From IMG/VR virus record IMGVR_UViG_3300021440_000019: 64,000 nucleotides of DNA. One strand, written 5' to 3'. A model generated the notes under the pieces. The model saw nothing but the letters and a program-made list of their open reading frames with translations, ran no database searches and had not been told where the DNA came from. Source of the DNA: an uncultured virus (IMG/VR IMGVR_UViG_3300021440_000019). Its lineage: Duplodnaviria > Heunggongvirae > Uroviricota > Caudoviricetes. The position numbers and the translations under genes were made by a program. Positions 1 to 9,290 of this stretch are shown one piece after another. The number at the start of each line of letters is the position of its first letter. Position 1 is the stretch's first letter.

Positions 1-2
1 AT

Positions 3-311
3 CTTGTCCACGCATTCACGCACGGCACCGAACGCATCATCGTCGTGGACAAGATCGCGGGCTTGAACGCCAAGACCCTGGCTACCCTGGTCAGTCAGGC
101 TCTGGACAACGGCGTCCGTACGAACCGTCCTGAGTACGTTGATAACCCCTGGACCAAGACAGGTCGGACGCAGATCATTCCGGGGCAGCGGAACTCGTAC
201 GAAGTTGAAATCGGTGACGTGCGGTGGTCCATCCGGACGTACGACAAGGACTACATGATCTCCAGCGGTCCCACAACGAGCAGTTTCAACCGTCTGCGGA
301 CGACGAAGTAG
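3..311 (+). CDS. hypothetical protein, 5'-truncated by window edge
   Basis: The frame of ORF 45..311 is open back to the window start (LVHAFTHGTERIIVVDK...) and ends at TAG 309-311, 6 nt before the next ATG. Confidence 0.6.
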   Translation, partial: LVHAFTHGTERIIVVDKIAGLNAKTLATLVSQALDNGVRTNRPEYVDNPWTKTGRTQIIPGQRNSYEVEIGDVRWSIRTYDKDYMISSGPTTSSFNRLRTTK

Positions 312-317
312 TCGATC

Positions 318-686
318 ATGCGCGTCATCAAAGCCCACGCCGTAGAAGCCAGTGACTTCACGTTGCTGGCTTCTGCCTTGTTCTCCCTTGCCAAGGAGCT
401 GTACTCGCGCGCAGGTTCCGACCTTGGCGCCCGCGAGTTCATGGCCGTGCAAGTGGACCTGCTGCACGGGTACACCAAGGACACGCTGCGTCGTGCTGAG
501 CGAGAACTACGGGGCATCCGTTCGTACTTGCCCGCCGTATCCGACGCTGCCGGCGCCGGCATGTCTAAGCTCGGCCGCGTCGCCGAACGACTCGGGCTCT
601 CTGGCTCCACGGTGGCAATCGTGGACGAGATTCAACGCAAGGCAGATGACACTGCTTTCTCAGACACCGTGATCGGTACACCATGA
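318..686 (+). CDS. hypothetical protein
   Basis: 122-aa ORF with GC3-rich codons and an ATGA overlap with the next gene. Confidence 0.7.
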   Translation: MRVIKAHAVEASDFTLLASALFSLAKELYSRAGSDLGAREFMAVQVDLLHGYTKDTLRRAERELRGIRSYLPAVSDAAGAGMSKLGRVAERLGLSGSTVAIVDEIQRKADDTAFSDTVIGTP

Positions 687-2242
687 CGCCTGACCTGTAC
701 TACCGCCGGCTCTGTGCGAAACACCCTCATGAATATGGGTGGCCTGCGTTCGCCACCGCCGAGGGACGTTCGCGCGTGATCGCCGCGATGGCCCCTGCGT
801 TCTCGTACTACGCGACGCCGGAGTCGTTGGTGCTCGCCGCGTCCTGGGTGGACAAGCTGAAGGGCGTGCCAGCCAAGGCGAAGTCCGCGTTCGTGCACGA
901 AATGAAGCACCAAGTGGAGCACGTGAGCCACAACCTGAAGCTCACGAAGGACTCTGTGGCGCTCGCGTTCCAAGAGCCGCGTGCGTTGAACGTGCTGAAA
1001 GCCTGCGGCTACTCGTTGGCAACAGCGTACGGCGCGTTCCACATGGCCCACGCAGTGGCGCAGCAAGGTGCGCTGCACGTGATCGCGCACCTTGCCGAGC
1101 ATGAAGTCGCGCACAAGGCAGGTCACGCTGCTGGTCATCGCGCGGACAAGATTCAGGGCTACCTCAACAAGTACCCGGTGTTGAAGAAGCTGTCGGGGCC
1201 TGCGCTTGCCGGTGTCATGCTCTACGGCTGGACTTGTGCACCGCTGCACAAACTCGAAGACTGGGACATGAAGAACGTGAAGCGTGCGCTGTCCGGCGAC
1301 TTCACGATCAAGGAGTTCCTGGCGTCGCCGGAAGCAGTGGCGCTCGGCGTGCATGTCGCATCCGGCAAGGTGCTGAGCCTCTCTGCGCTGGCCGAGAACG
1401 TGGGTACGCTGGCTACGGGCCTGGTGGCAACCACGATCATTCACTCGGACAACCCAAAGCTCAAGAAGGCTGCCGCGAGCATCGGCGATGCGTACAAGAA
1501 GTTCAAGTCGGACAAGACGCCTCTGCACGACATCCAGTTCTCGGAAGGTTGGCGCGGTGACGAGAAGACGATGGGCCTGGACCCTGACTCGATGACGAAG
1601 AACCGCAAGGTCCCCGTGGACGATGGAGAACCCAAATCGGAATCAGCACCGGCAGAGAAGCCGAAGGCTGACGCACCGAAGAACGAGGACACCAAGCCGG
1701 ATGCGACGGAGAAGCCGGCACCCGACGCCAAACCCGGGAAGACCGCTGGCGGAAAGTGGTGGTCACGTCTGAGCAAAGGCCGTCAACGCGCGTACCTCAA
1801 AGAACATCCGACCTCGGACCTCAAGGTCGGAGCATCCACAGGAGAACCCATGCAGCACGTACTGGCCGCAGTGGCCCACCGAGTCCGTGTGGTCGCACAC
1901 GACACCGATGTAAACTTTGCTCAGGCGCTTCCCGTATCCGAGCAGGTGCGTGTCGCGCAGTACATGCAGAAGAAGCTCCAGATGGGGACGTTGCACCGTG
2001 AGCACCAGGGTGTGCTCGGCATCGGCCTCTCGGACATGCCGGAAGACCCGAAGGCCGTGGTCAAGAAGATGGACTGGCTCGGCTGGTCCGTGTTGCGTGA
2101 CCGCTTCAACGTGCTGACCTTCGGCAAGCCCGGCGTGAACTTCAACCTGTCGTACTACAAGTCGGCGAGGTTCCTCGCTGCACCCCAACACATGCTGCCG
2201 AAGTCCCAGGTTTCGGCATCGAGAATCAAGCGTAGAGCTTGA
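683..2242 (+). CDS. hypothetical multi-domain protein (possible internal head protein)
   Basis: 519-aa ORF with a hydrophobic middle part, a Pro/Lys/Asp-rich linker and the motif KWWSRLSKGRQRAYLKEHPTS. Function is inferred only. Confidence 0.7.
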   Translation: MTPDLYYRRLCAKHPHEYGWPAFATAEGRSRVIAAMAPAFSYYATPESLVLAASWVDKLKGVPAKAKSAFVHEMKHQVEHVSHNLKLTKDSVALAFQEPRALNVLKACGYSLATAYGAFHMAHAVAQQGALHVIAHLAEHEVAHKAGHAAGHRADKIQGYLNKYPVLKKLSGPALAGVMLYGWTCAPLHKLEDWDMKNVKRALSGDFTIKEFLASPEAVALGVHVASGKVLSLSALAENVGTLATGLVATTIIHSDNPKLKKAAASIGDAYKKFKSDKTPLHDIQFSEGWRGDEKTMGLDPDSMTKNRKVPVDDGEPKSESAPAEKPKADAPKNEDTKPDATEKPAPDAKPGKTAGGKWWSRLSKGRQRAYLKEHPTSDLKVGASTGEPMQHVLAAVAHRVRVVAHDTDVNFAQALPVSEQVRVAQYMQKKLQMGTLHREHQGVLGIGLSDMPEDPKAVVKKMDWLGWSVLRDRFNVLTFGKPGVNFNLSYYKSARFLAAPQHMLPKSQVSASRIKRRA

Positions 2243-2327
2243 GGGCTCCTCCGAGCCAACACACCCTAGAGGTACAAGTCAGCCAACCGGGCGGTACACT
2301 AGCCGCCGTAACCAACTGGAGTCTCTC

Positions 2328-3239
2328 ATGTCTTCTCCTTTGAACCTTCAGCGCGTCATCACCTCGTTCCAGCGCCGCGTCCGCAATTCCATCGTGGCGA
2401 CCGTCCACGACTACCAGCAGTTCACCCCGCGACTGGCCCGTGTGGTCGTGTGCTTCAACACCGACGACGCCGACCCGGCCGACCTCGGAGCCGCAGTGAC
2501 CGCAGCACTCGGCGGCAAGGCCGTACCCGTCGAGGACTCGTTCCGCTTCGTGCACAGCCATGCGCTGCCCACTGCCGTCGGCTTCATCCGGAGCAACACC
2601 GAGGTCCTGGACTTCGACGAAGCGCAGAAGCGGAGCATGCGCACCATCGCCGCGAACGTGCTGATGGACGCCAGCGACGAGTCGATCTGGGAAGTGCGTC
2701 ACGCTACCGCCGGCGCCAAGGTGCTGGTGCGTCAGGGCACGGAAGACCTGGCTTCCGTGCTGGAAACCGCAGCCGTTCGTGTGCAGCGCACGCCGATGCT
2801 GGCGAGCCTCGGCGTCGAGTTCCCGGAACCCCGGAAGTTCGTGGCGTTCGTCGATCCCCGGTTCAACGCCGTGCGCTACGGCTACGTGATCGAGTCGGAT
2901 GCCGACGCCACCTCTGTGTCGATCCTGCCGTTCCCGAGCGCGGAAGAAATGGCGGACGACCAGGCGCTGATGCCGGCGGACAACAGCAGCGAAGAGATGC
3001 GTGGCGATGGCAACGTGATCTCCCAACGGCTGGCCGACCGTTGCGCGCCGATCTCCGTGGGCCTCGACAACCTCGTGGAAACCGCGCACATGAACGGCAA
3101 CGACAGCTTCGCTGCCATCGCGGCGCCTGGTGACAGCGAGCGCTCGAAGATGCTCGACTACTACAAGAAGGTGTACGACTACGCCCCGGACTACTACGAG
3201 AAGGTCAAGGAGACCATCCAGGGTCACGCCGGTCTGTGA
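2328..3239 (+). CDS. hypothetical protein, probably abundant or structural
   Basis: 303 aa with a GGAG RBS, strongly C/G-ending codons and a hairpin immediately downstream. Confidence 0.75.
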   Translation: MSSPLNLQRVITSFQRRVRNSIVATVHDYQQFTPRLARVVVCFNTDDADPADLGAAVTAALGGKAVPVEDSFRFVHSHALPTAVGFIRSNTEVLDFDEAQKRSMRTIAANVLMDASDESIWEVRHATAGAKVLVRQGTEDLASVLETAAVRVQRTPMLASLGVEFPEPRKFVAFVDPRFNAVRYGYVIESDADATSVSILPFPSAEEMADDQALMPADNSSEEMRGDGNVISQRLADRCAPISVGLDNLVETAHMNGNDSFAAIAAPGDSERSKMLDYYKKVYDYAPDYYEKVKETIQGHAGL

Positions 3240-3244
3240 ACCAC

Positions 3245-3262
3245 CAGGGGCTTCGGCCCCTG
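3245..3262 (+). terminator. GC-rich hairpin with C(UUCG)G tetraloop; possible terminator or RNA stabiliser
   Basis: CAGGGGC-TTCG-GCCCCTG forms a perfect 7-bp stem 5 nt after a stop codon. There is no clear U-tract. Confidence 0.55.
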
Positions 3263-3285
3263 CTCAACTACTCTTAGGAGCCACC

Positions 3286-3477
3286 ATGAGCTTGACAACA
3301 CTTCTCGTCTTGGGCCTGGGTATCGCCATCGGCTTCGCTGCTGGCGCGTGGTGGTACCGCTACGAGTTGAAGCGGAATCCCGCGAAGCTCGACGCGATGG
3401 CCGCCGAAGTCAACGCCAAGGCCAAAGAACTGGCCGACCGCGTGCAGTCCGGCATCGACAAGCTGAAGAAGCCATGA
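3286..3477 (+). CDS. small single-pass membrane protein
   Basis: AGGAG RBS precedes ATG 3286. The TM segment LLVLGLGIAIGFAAGAWWY is followed by an amphipathic helix. Confidence 0.75.
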   Translation: MSLTTLLVLGLGIAIGFAAGAWWYRYELKRNPAKLDAMAAEVNAKAKELADRVQSGIDKLKKP

Positions 3478-3848
3478 ACGTGCTGAAGGCGGCAAAAGCC
3501 GCGTTGATCCCACCTGTGGCTCCGGCCATGAACTACGTGTACCCTTTCGTGCTGCATGCAGTAGTCGATGGAGACACGCTGAAGGGTGCCGTGGACCTGG
3601 GCTTCAGCACGAGCCATGTGGACAAGTTCAGGTTCGCTCACGTGAACGCGCCGGAAACGAGCACCCCCGAAGGCCGTGCGGTGAAGACCTGGATGACCGA
3701 ATGGGCTGCCGCTCAGAAGTCGTTCATCGTCTGGTCCAAGAGTCAGGACAAGTACGGCCGCTGGCTCGCTGTCTTTTGGGGCGACGACCGCTCTGTCTCT
3801 GTCAACCAGATACTGCTGGACAAGGGTCTGGCAGTGCCCTACATGTGA
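3474..3848 (+). CDS. thermonuclease (staphylococcal nuclease-like)
   Basis: Motifs VVDGDTL..VDLGF, R.AHVNAPE and DKYGRWLA. ATGA-coupled to the upstream gene. Confidence 0.85.
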   Translation: MNVLKAAKAALIPPVAPAMNYVYPFVLHAVVDGDTLKGAVDLGFSTSHVDKFRFAHVNAPETSTPEGRAVKTWMTEWAAAQKSFIVWSKSQDKYGRWLAVFWGDDRSVSVNQILLDKGLAVPYM

Positions 3849-3855
3849 GCCCATC

Positions 3856-4377
3856 ATGAACGTATTGGAAGCCGTGCGCCATCGCGTCACCTCAGCGGAA
3901 GAACTGGACACGAGGATCACCGAGTGGTTCCGTGCGCATCCGGATCCCAGTGACCCGGAGGTCCACGACTTCGCACGGGAGATCGGCGTGACGCCAGAAC
4001 ACCTGGAGCGTCACGTGTATCGCATGTTCACGGACTGCCTTTCGGCGGTGACTTCCCGTGTGGCACCCGGCGGCAAGCTCGAACTCGCGTTCATGTACGT
4101 GGTCCCGCTGGAGAACACACCGCCGCCGGCAATGGCGAGCATCGTGAACAAGCTCGCGGCCCGGTACAAGTTCAAGCCGTTCTTCGTCATCAGCAGCGAC
4201 CTTCACGGCACCTACGTGTTCGAGGCGCATTCTCGTGACCCCGAGAACTTGCGCAACCGCGTAGCCAGGCTGTTGCCGAAAGCCGGATGGCAGGTGCGGC
4301 CGGGACGTACACCAGAGCTCCTGATCGTGTCGCAAGGTTCGATGAGCTTTCACTTCATGTTCTTGAACGAGGGATGA
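3856..4377 (+). CDS. hypothetical protein
   Basis: 173-aa ORF that fills the gap between neighbouring genes. Confidence 0.7.
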   Translation: MNVLEAVRHRVTSAEELDTRITEWFRAHPDPSDPEVHDFAREIGVTPEHLERHVYRMFTDCLSAVTSRVAPGGKLELAFMYVVPLENTPPPAMASIVNKLAARYKFKPFFVISSDLHGTYVFEAHSRDPENLRNRVARLLPKAGWQVRPGRTPELLIVSQGSMSFHFMFLNEG

Positions 4378-4380
4378 CCA

Positions 4381-5916
4381 ATGCTCAGCGGCGAACTACA
4401 GGTCGATGACGACCTCACCAAGGCGTCGGACGAATGGGTGACACGGGTGTCCACACTCGTGTACGACGTGTACGGGGCAGCATCTACTGCTGATGCTGCC
4501 GCTACCGCGTTGGGAATCCGCAGCTACGGCCGGCAATCGCGTTCCAACGTGGACATCACAGGCGGCACAGGCGAGTTCCGGGTGCTCCGCGTGAACCGCG
4601 ATCCAACAGAGCCGACTGATGTGGTGCCTTTGGCATACGCGCAGTCGGCTCTTTCTTCTTCTGCGCTGCCGTTCACGGCACCGGGTGACCTCTTGGTCTA
4701 TCGCTCGCCTGGTACCGCGCACGTGCTGGCAAAGGGCCCCGTCGGAACCGTGCTCGACGCACAGACGTTGACGTGGGTGCCGCCGGCCTCAGGTGCTGGC
4801 GTTCCCACGTCATTCATCGTGGACCCGCTGGTCGTCGCCGTTGGTCCCGTAGAGCACCCTGATCCGCACGACCAGTGGTTTCCAACGGTGGACGCTTTCA
4901 ACTTTTGGGCCGGAGGCAAGATCGTGCTGTCTTCGCTGACTGTGCTGCCAAACGGGTTTCCGGCAACAGATGACGTGTTCTCCGTTCTCGTGCTGCCGAC
5001 CACTGTTGAAGGGGCCACCGTCGTCATTGGGACACCTGTAGCGTACTCGGTAGACGCTGACGGTATTCCAGTGGCGCAGCTAGGCCTACGTGCACGGGAC
5101 ACCACAATCGTAGCGTCTTCGCTGGCGATCTTCGATCAGTTCTTCCTGGAGGACTGTGCTCTCGAAGTCCAGGACATGTGGCTACGGTTCTACGCCGGCG
5201 GTAGTCCTGACACGGTACTAGGGCGTGGCGTGACCGCGCGCATAGAGAACCTATGGCTGCGGACTCCTACTTTTGTGGGAGGGGAGGGCTTCTCACCTCC
5301 GGCAAACCGGAGGGTAGAACACGCTGAACTCGACATCGGTGTGCTGCACGTGCAAGCCAACTCTACGGGGCCCGCATACGCTCTGTCGCTGGTGAACTCC
5401 ACGTGCTTCGTCCGGCAGCTTTTGCAATCTGGTGTCGCCAACAACACGGGCATCGAGTGCGTGAACTCCACGCTCGTGGTAGAAGACACATGGCTGATCC
5501 CCGGTGGCCTGTACGTCGGTGCGTGGGACTCTCACGTGGAGTTCGCATCTGGTATCCAACAAGCGGATACCGTGAACGCCTTCTACCCGATACTCCGTGC
5601 CAACTCCTCAACGCTGTTGATCGCGTTCTACGACGATGATGGTGCCCGCGCGCTGTCCGTAACCGGAGACTCCGATGTGAAGCTCGGAGGTCGCGCCGTG
5701 ATCGATCCCGTGGAAGAACTGAGTCCCGTGGAGAACAACGTGTACGGGTTGTCGGAAACCAGCTTCTTCCCGGTGTTCTCGCCGAGCCTGAGCATGGTCG
5801 TCAACGACTTCTCCCTCGTTGAAGTCCGCACCGGCGTGGCAAACACGGGGAACCCGAATGCGGTGTTCACCAGCATTGACAACCCTGACGGCGCTCCCCC
5901 GCTACCACAAGTTTGA
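4381..5916 (+). CDS. fibre/spike protein, shared-anchor family member 1 (beta-helix-like C-terminus)
   Basis: The N-terminus W...V..LVYDV.GA..T...ALG..S..Q..V.I.GG is shared with six other ORFs. It has an FPTVD motif followed by repetitive short beta strands. Confidence 0.65.
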   Translation: MLSGELQVDDDLTKASDEWVTRVSTLVYDVYGAASTADAAATALGIRSYGRQSRSNVDITGGTGEFRVLRVNRDPTEPTDVVPLAYAQSALSSSALPFTAPGDLLVYRSPGTAHVLAKGPVGTVLDAQTLTWVPPASGAGVPTSFIVDPLVVAVGPVEHPDPHDQWFPTVDAFNFWAGGKIVLSSLTVLPNGFPATDDVFSVLVLPTTVEGATVVIGTPVAYSVDADGIPVAQLGLRARDTTIVASSLAIFDQFFLEDCALEVQDMWLRFYAGGSPDTVLGRGVTARIENLWLRTPTFVGGEGFSPPANRRVEHAELDIGVLHVQANSTGPAYALSLVNSTCFVRQLLQSGVANNTGIECVNSTLVVEDTWLIPGGLYVGAWDSHVEFASGIQQADTVNAFYPILRANSSTLLIAFYDDDGARALSVTGDSDVKLGGRAVIDPVEELSPVENNVYGLSETSFFPVFSPSLSMVVNDFSLVEVRTGVANTGNPNAVFTSIDNPDGAPPLPQV

Positions 5917-5925
5917 GGAACAGCC

Positions 5926-7593
5926 ATGACCTTCCGTGAACGTGTAGACAAGATCCCGAGTTCGCTCGTACTCGACCTGAACGCGCTGCTGGAACTCCAC
6001 GGCGACGTGTCTGAGGGCCGGGCTGGTGCGTACAAGCTCGGTCTGAACTCCATGGCGATGCAAGACCGCGAGTACGTGGGCATCCTCGACGGCGTGGCCG
6101 GCTTCCGCAGCCTTCGAGTAGTCCACGATGCTGAAATCGGCAACGAGGTCGTGAACCTCCGCGTGTTCACTTCGCTGCTGGAAGCCGCCGGCGGCAGCAA
6201 CCAAGCGCTGCCTTTCGTTGCCGATGGCAGTGCGCAAGTGCTGACAGCGGAAGACACGGTGCTCACTCGCTCGTCGGGAACCACCGGTGTTCTCCTGTAC
6301 GACTCGGCGCTCGGCGTACATTGGGGTCCTGCGGCCATCGGTGGTGCCGGTAACCCCGACTATGTGTTCGCCGACGTGCACTACGTTGTGACCTCAGGCG
6401 CAGTCCCTTCTGAGGTGCCGGTGCCGAACACGGTGTTCCCAACGGTGGAAGCGTTGTCCGCGTTCGCTGCCACCCGTGTGTATTTCGGCAACGTCCACGT
6501 GTGGTTCCCGCAAGGCGCCAACGGCACGTTGTCGGTTCCAACAACGGTGCGCCCGTTCTTCGCAGTGCTGCACCCCATGGCGAGCGCTCCAGGCAACGAC
6601 GTGATGACCGTGGTGGACACACGTGTGTCCGTCGCGGGCGGCGACCATCTTGCACCTGTACCGTTTGGCAGTCCCAAGCTGGAGTTCCGTGGCTGCGAGT
6701 TCGACGCACGGAGCTTCCTTGCTGTGACGCAGCGGGGAACCACCGATGGCAACTTCGTGACGTTCCGGAACTGCACGGGCTACGTCTCGGTGTACGGTCC
6801 GCCGACGAACAACACGGGAGCCGAAATCGTGTCCGTGATCGACTCGGACATCGTTGTCAACGTCGGTGGCCCGACGAGCACTGCTTACCGTGTACTCGAC
6901 GTGCAGCGCTCTACCGCAATCATTGCTGCAATCCCATCGGATGTCGGATGGTTGGAGCAGGACTATCCACAGATCACGCGCGTCACCGATTCCACAGTGT
7001 CCAGCCCTTCGCGTACGGTGAACCGAGAGCCGGACTGGTGGTCCACGGGCCTGGAGAACTCTGCGTTGGTGAACAACAAGGGGCCCTGGTTCCTGGAGGC
7101 CCGAGGCTCGGACGTACAGATGTCTCACCTGCTGGCGTCGAAGCTCGCATGGCCTTCAACGGTGCTGGCGTTGGCACGTACGCTGGAAGACCCGGTGATT
7201 TCCACCGTGGGCTCGCGATTGCTCGTGAACGACGTGTCAGACGCCGGCGACCAAGGTTCTGGACTACCCTGGACGTACCGCCCGCCGCTGACCCCCGGGC
7301 AGTCGGTTCTCGTCGCCGGTACACAAGGATCCACAGTGGTCATCGGCAGCCAACTCACGGTGTTCACCGGCGATCCAAGCTCGTCGGTGTCCCAAGGTGT
7401 GTACGTGGATCGCACGGCGCTGGCAGCAACGCCGGGGCTCGTGTACACACCGCTGGTTCTCGAAACCGGGTCGTCCGCAGTGGTCACGCAAGTGGTGCCG
7501 AACTCGGGAGTCACGCCAGAAGAACGCAGCACCATCACAATGCCCGGCTTTGCTTCTGAAGCGGAGCTACAGCAATTCGGAGTCTCTCCATGA
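5926..7593 (+). CDS. fibre/spike protein, shared-anchor family member 2
   Basis: Divergent anchor (KLGLNSMAMQD..V.I.DG), an FPTVE motif and beta-helix-like strands. GAGG RBS. Confidence 0.6.
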   Translation: MTFRERVDKIPSSLVLDLNALLELHGDVSEGRAGAYKLGLNSMAMQDREYVGILDGVAGFRSLRVVHDAEIGNEVVNLRVFTSLLEAAGGSNQALPFVADGSAQVLTAEDTVLTRSSGTTGVLLYDSALGVHWGPAAIGGAGNPDYVFADVHYVVTSGAVPSEVPVPNTVFPTVEALSAFAATRVYFGNVHVWFPQGANGTLSVPTTVRPFFAVLHPMASAPGNDVMTVVDTRVSVAGGDHLAPVPFGSPKLEFRGCEFDARSFLAVTQRGTTDGNFVTFRNCTGYVSVYGPPTNNTGAEIVSVIDSDIVVNVGGPTSTAYRVLDVQRSTAIIAAIPSDVGWLEQDYPQITRVTDSTVSSPSRTVNREPDWWSTGLENSALVNNKGPWFLEARGSDVQMSHLLASKLAWPSTVLALARTLEDPVISTVGSRLLVNDVSDAGDQGSGLPWTYRPPLTPGQSVLVAGTQGSTVVIGSQLTVFTGDPSSSVSQGVYVDRTALAATPGLVYTPLVLETGSSAVVTQVVPNSGVTPEERSTITMPGFASEAELQQFGVSP

Positions 7594-9281
7594 TCGTCAC
7601 GACGAAGCTGATCCAAGATGCCCTGAATCTCGTCTCCGTGCTCCAGCACGCGAGGACAGCGGATCAAGTGCTGTCGGCCCTTGGTGCCGGCGAAGCTGGC
7701 CGAGACTCCGCGTTCGACATCGACATCCGGGACGGCGTGGCCGAGTTCAACACGCTGCTGTGCCGCAAGTACGCGACAGCCGACAACGAAGCCCTCGTGT
7801 ACGATCAGGCCAAGAGCTTGGTGGCTGGCGCCGTCTCGGGTCCGGGGATTCCCAACTTGGGTACGCATGCGGTGGTCACGTACGACGGCACGGCCGTGAC
7901 CACGCCGTTGCGTCCCGTGGACGCGCAGGTGTACCGTCTCGAACCTGTTGCCAACGGGCTTGCGTGGCAACCACGGCCGGCTGGCGCTTCGCTGCCGAAC
8001 GCTGTCACAGTGCCCATGCACATCGCCATCGGCACACCTTTCTCGTCTCCGAACGTACCAGACCTGGGCTTCCCTTCCATGGCTGAGTTCTGGACGTGGC
8101 TGCAAGCCCGGACGGTGTACGAACCGCTGACCCTGGAGTTCAATCCGGGGATCGTCCATGAGGTGAGGTTTCCCGTTGCCGACTCGTCGTACACGGGTAC
8201 CGGTGCAGATTTCGAGAACCAACGGGCTGCCATACCCGTGGACTTGCGCCGGAGATTCATCGGTCGTGGTCGTCTGGTGTTCACTGTGCCTCCATCGGCC
8301 ACGGTGTTGCAGCTTCGCCATCTGGCACTGTCCCATGTGAAGCTCGTGATCGAGTGCCCTACGTTGCTGGAACGCAGCCCCGTGGTGTCGCCGCTGCACC
8401 ATCGTGCCATCGACCTGCGGTTCTGCGACATCCGATTGAACAACCGTGTGCTCGTGCGGCAGACCGGGACGTACGCGCCGGAAACCAATCGGGACTCCGT
8501 GCTGTACTCCACGAAGTTGCACCGGTGCACAGTCGCAGGGACCGGATCACTCGAACTCGAAGCCGACACCGGGTACCATTGGGGACTCATCACTGGATGC
8601 CGCATCCGTGACATCAAGCTCAGTGCGTACTCGACCACGGTGCTGCCTTCTGGTTCCGCAGCGGCGAGAACCGCTGCGTACCGCGCCGCGTGGAACCGCA
8701 TAGGCTGGCGCGTGTCCTCCAGCATCTGGCGCGGAACCACGTTCTACCAAGGCTCCACCGGCGAAACGCCGGTGTCCAGCGGGTTGCTGCGTCAGCCGGT
8801 TTCCTACACGTTCAGCAACGTGCGCGCGTTCTTCACAGACCTGGTATTGGGAACACCAGACTCGCGTACTCCGGTGTCCGTGAACTTCGTGCACTCGTTC
8901 GTCCGCGCAGTCAAGCTCCGCGTGCTGGCTACGGTGCTCCCCACAGTGGTCAAGCTCATCGGATCCTCCGTGCTCGCACGTGGCATGTCCCTGACGTACC
9001 CTGCGGATCAGAGCGGGCTTGCGCTACCCACGTTGGACTGGTCGCTGCTCAACGGTACTCCGGGCTGGATTCACGTGCAACACTCGGTGTTCGGCGTCGT
9101 GGATCGGCAAGACTCTGACCTCGACGCGTTGCCCCTCGTGTCCGGTGACCTCGCGGTCAAGCCAACCGTGTACGGAGACTTGGGCTCCGTCATTCACCTC
9201 GCGCCAAGCCCCACACAACAGTCGCAAGCGTTTGTCGACAACGTGGCCGTGGATGGCAATTCCGAAATCCTCACACACTGA
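7590..9281 (+). CDS. fibre/spike protein, shared-anchor family member 3 (most divergent)
   Basis: ARTADQVLSALG...IDIRDGVAEF aligns with the anchor, and an FPSMAE motif follows. ATGA overlap. Confidence 0.55.
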   Translation: MIVTTKLIQDALNLVSVLQHARTADQVLSALGAGEAGRDSAFDIDIRDGVAEFNTLLCRKYATADNEALVYDQAKSLVAGAVSGPGIPNLGTHAVVTYDGTAVTTPLRPVDAQVYRLEPVANGLAWQPRPAGASLPNAVTVPMHIAIGTPFSSPNVPDLGFPSMAEFWTWLQARTVYEPLTLEFNPGIVHEVRFPVADSSYTGTGADFENQRAAIPVDLRRRFIGRGRLVFTVPPSATVLQLRHLALSHVKLVIECPTLLERSPVVSPLHHRAIDLRFCDIRLNNRVLVRQTGTYAPETNRDSVLYSTKLHRCTVAGTGSLELEADTGYHWGLITGCRIRDIKLSAYSTTVLPSGSAAARTAAYRAAWNRIGWRVSSSIWRGTTFYQGSTGETPVSSGLLRQPVSYTFSNVRAFFTDLVLGTPDSRTPVSVNFVHSFVRAVKLRVLATVLPTVVKLIGSSVLARGMSLTYPADQSGLALPTLDWSLLNGTPGWIHVQHSVFGVVDRQDSDLDALPLVSGDLAVKPTVYGDLGSVIHLAPSPTQQSQAFVDNVAVDGNSEILTH

Positions 9282-9290
9282 GCCACGACC

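Noticed and set aside
2243..2327. 85-nt intergenic region with short inverted repeats (GGCGG...CCGCC) as a tRNA or ncRNA
   Set aside because: There is no cloverleaf or T-loop signature, and the stems are short enough to arise by chance at this GC content.
2328..3239. ORF 2328 as the major capsid protein
   Set aside because: It looks highly expressed, but I see no recognisable HK97-fold features, so it is left as hypothetical.
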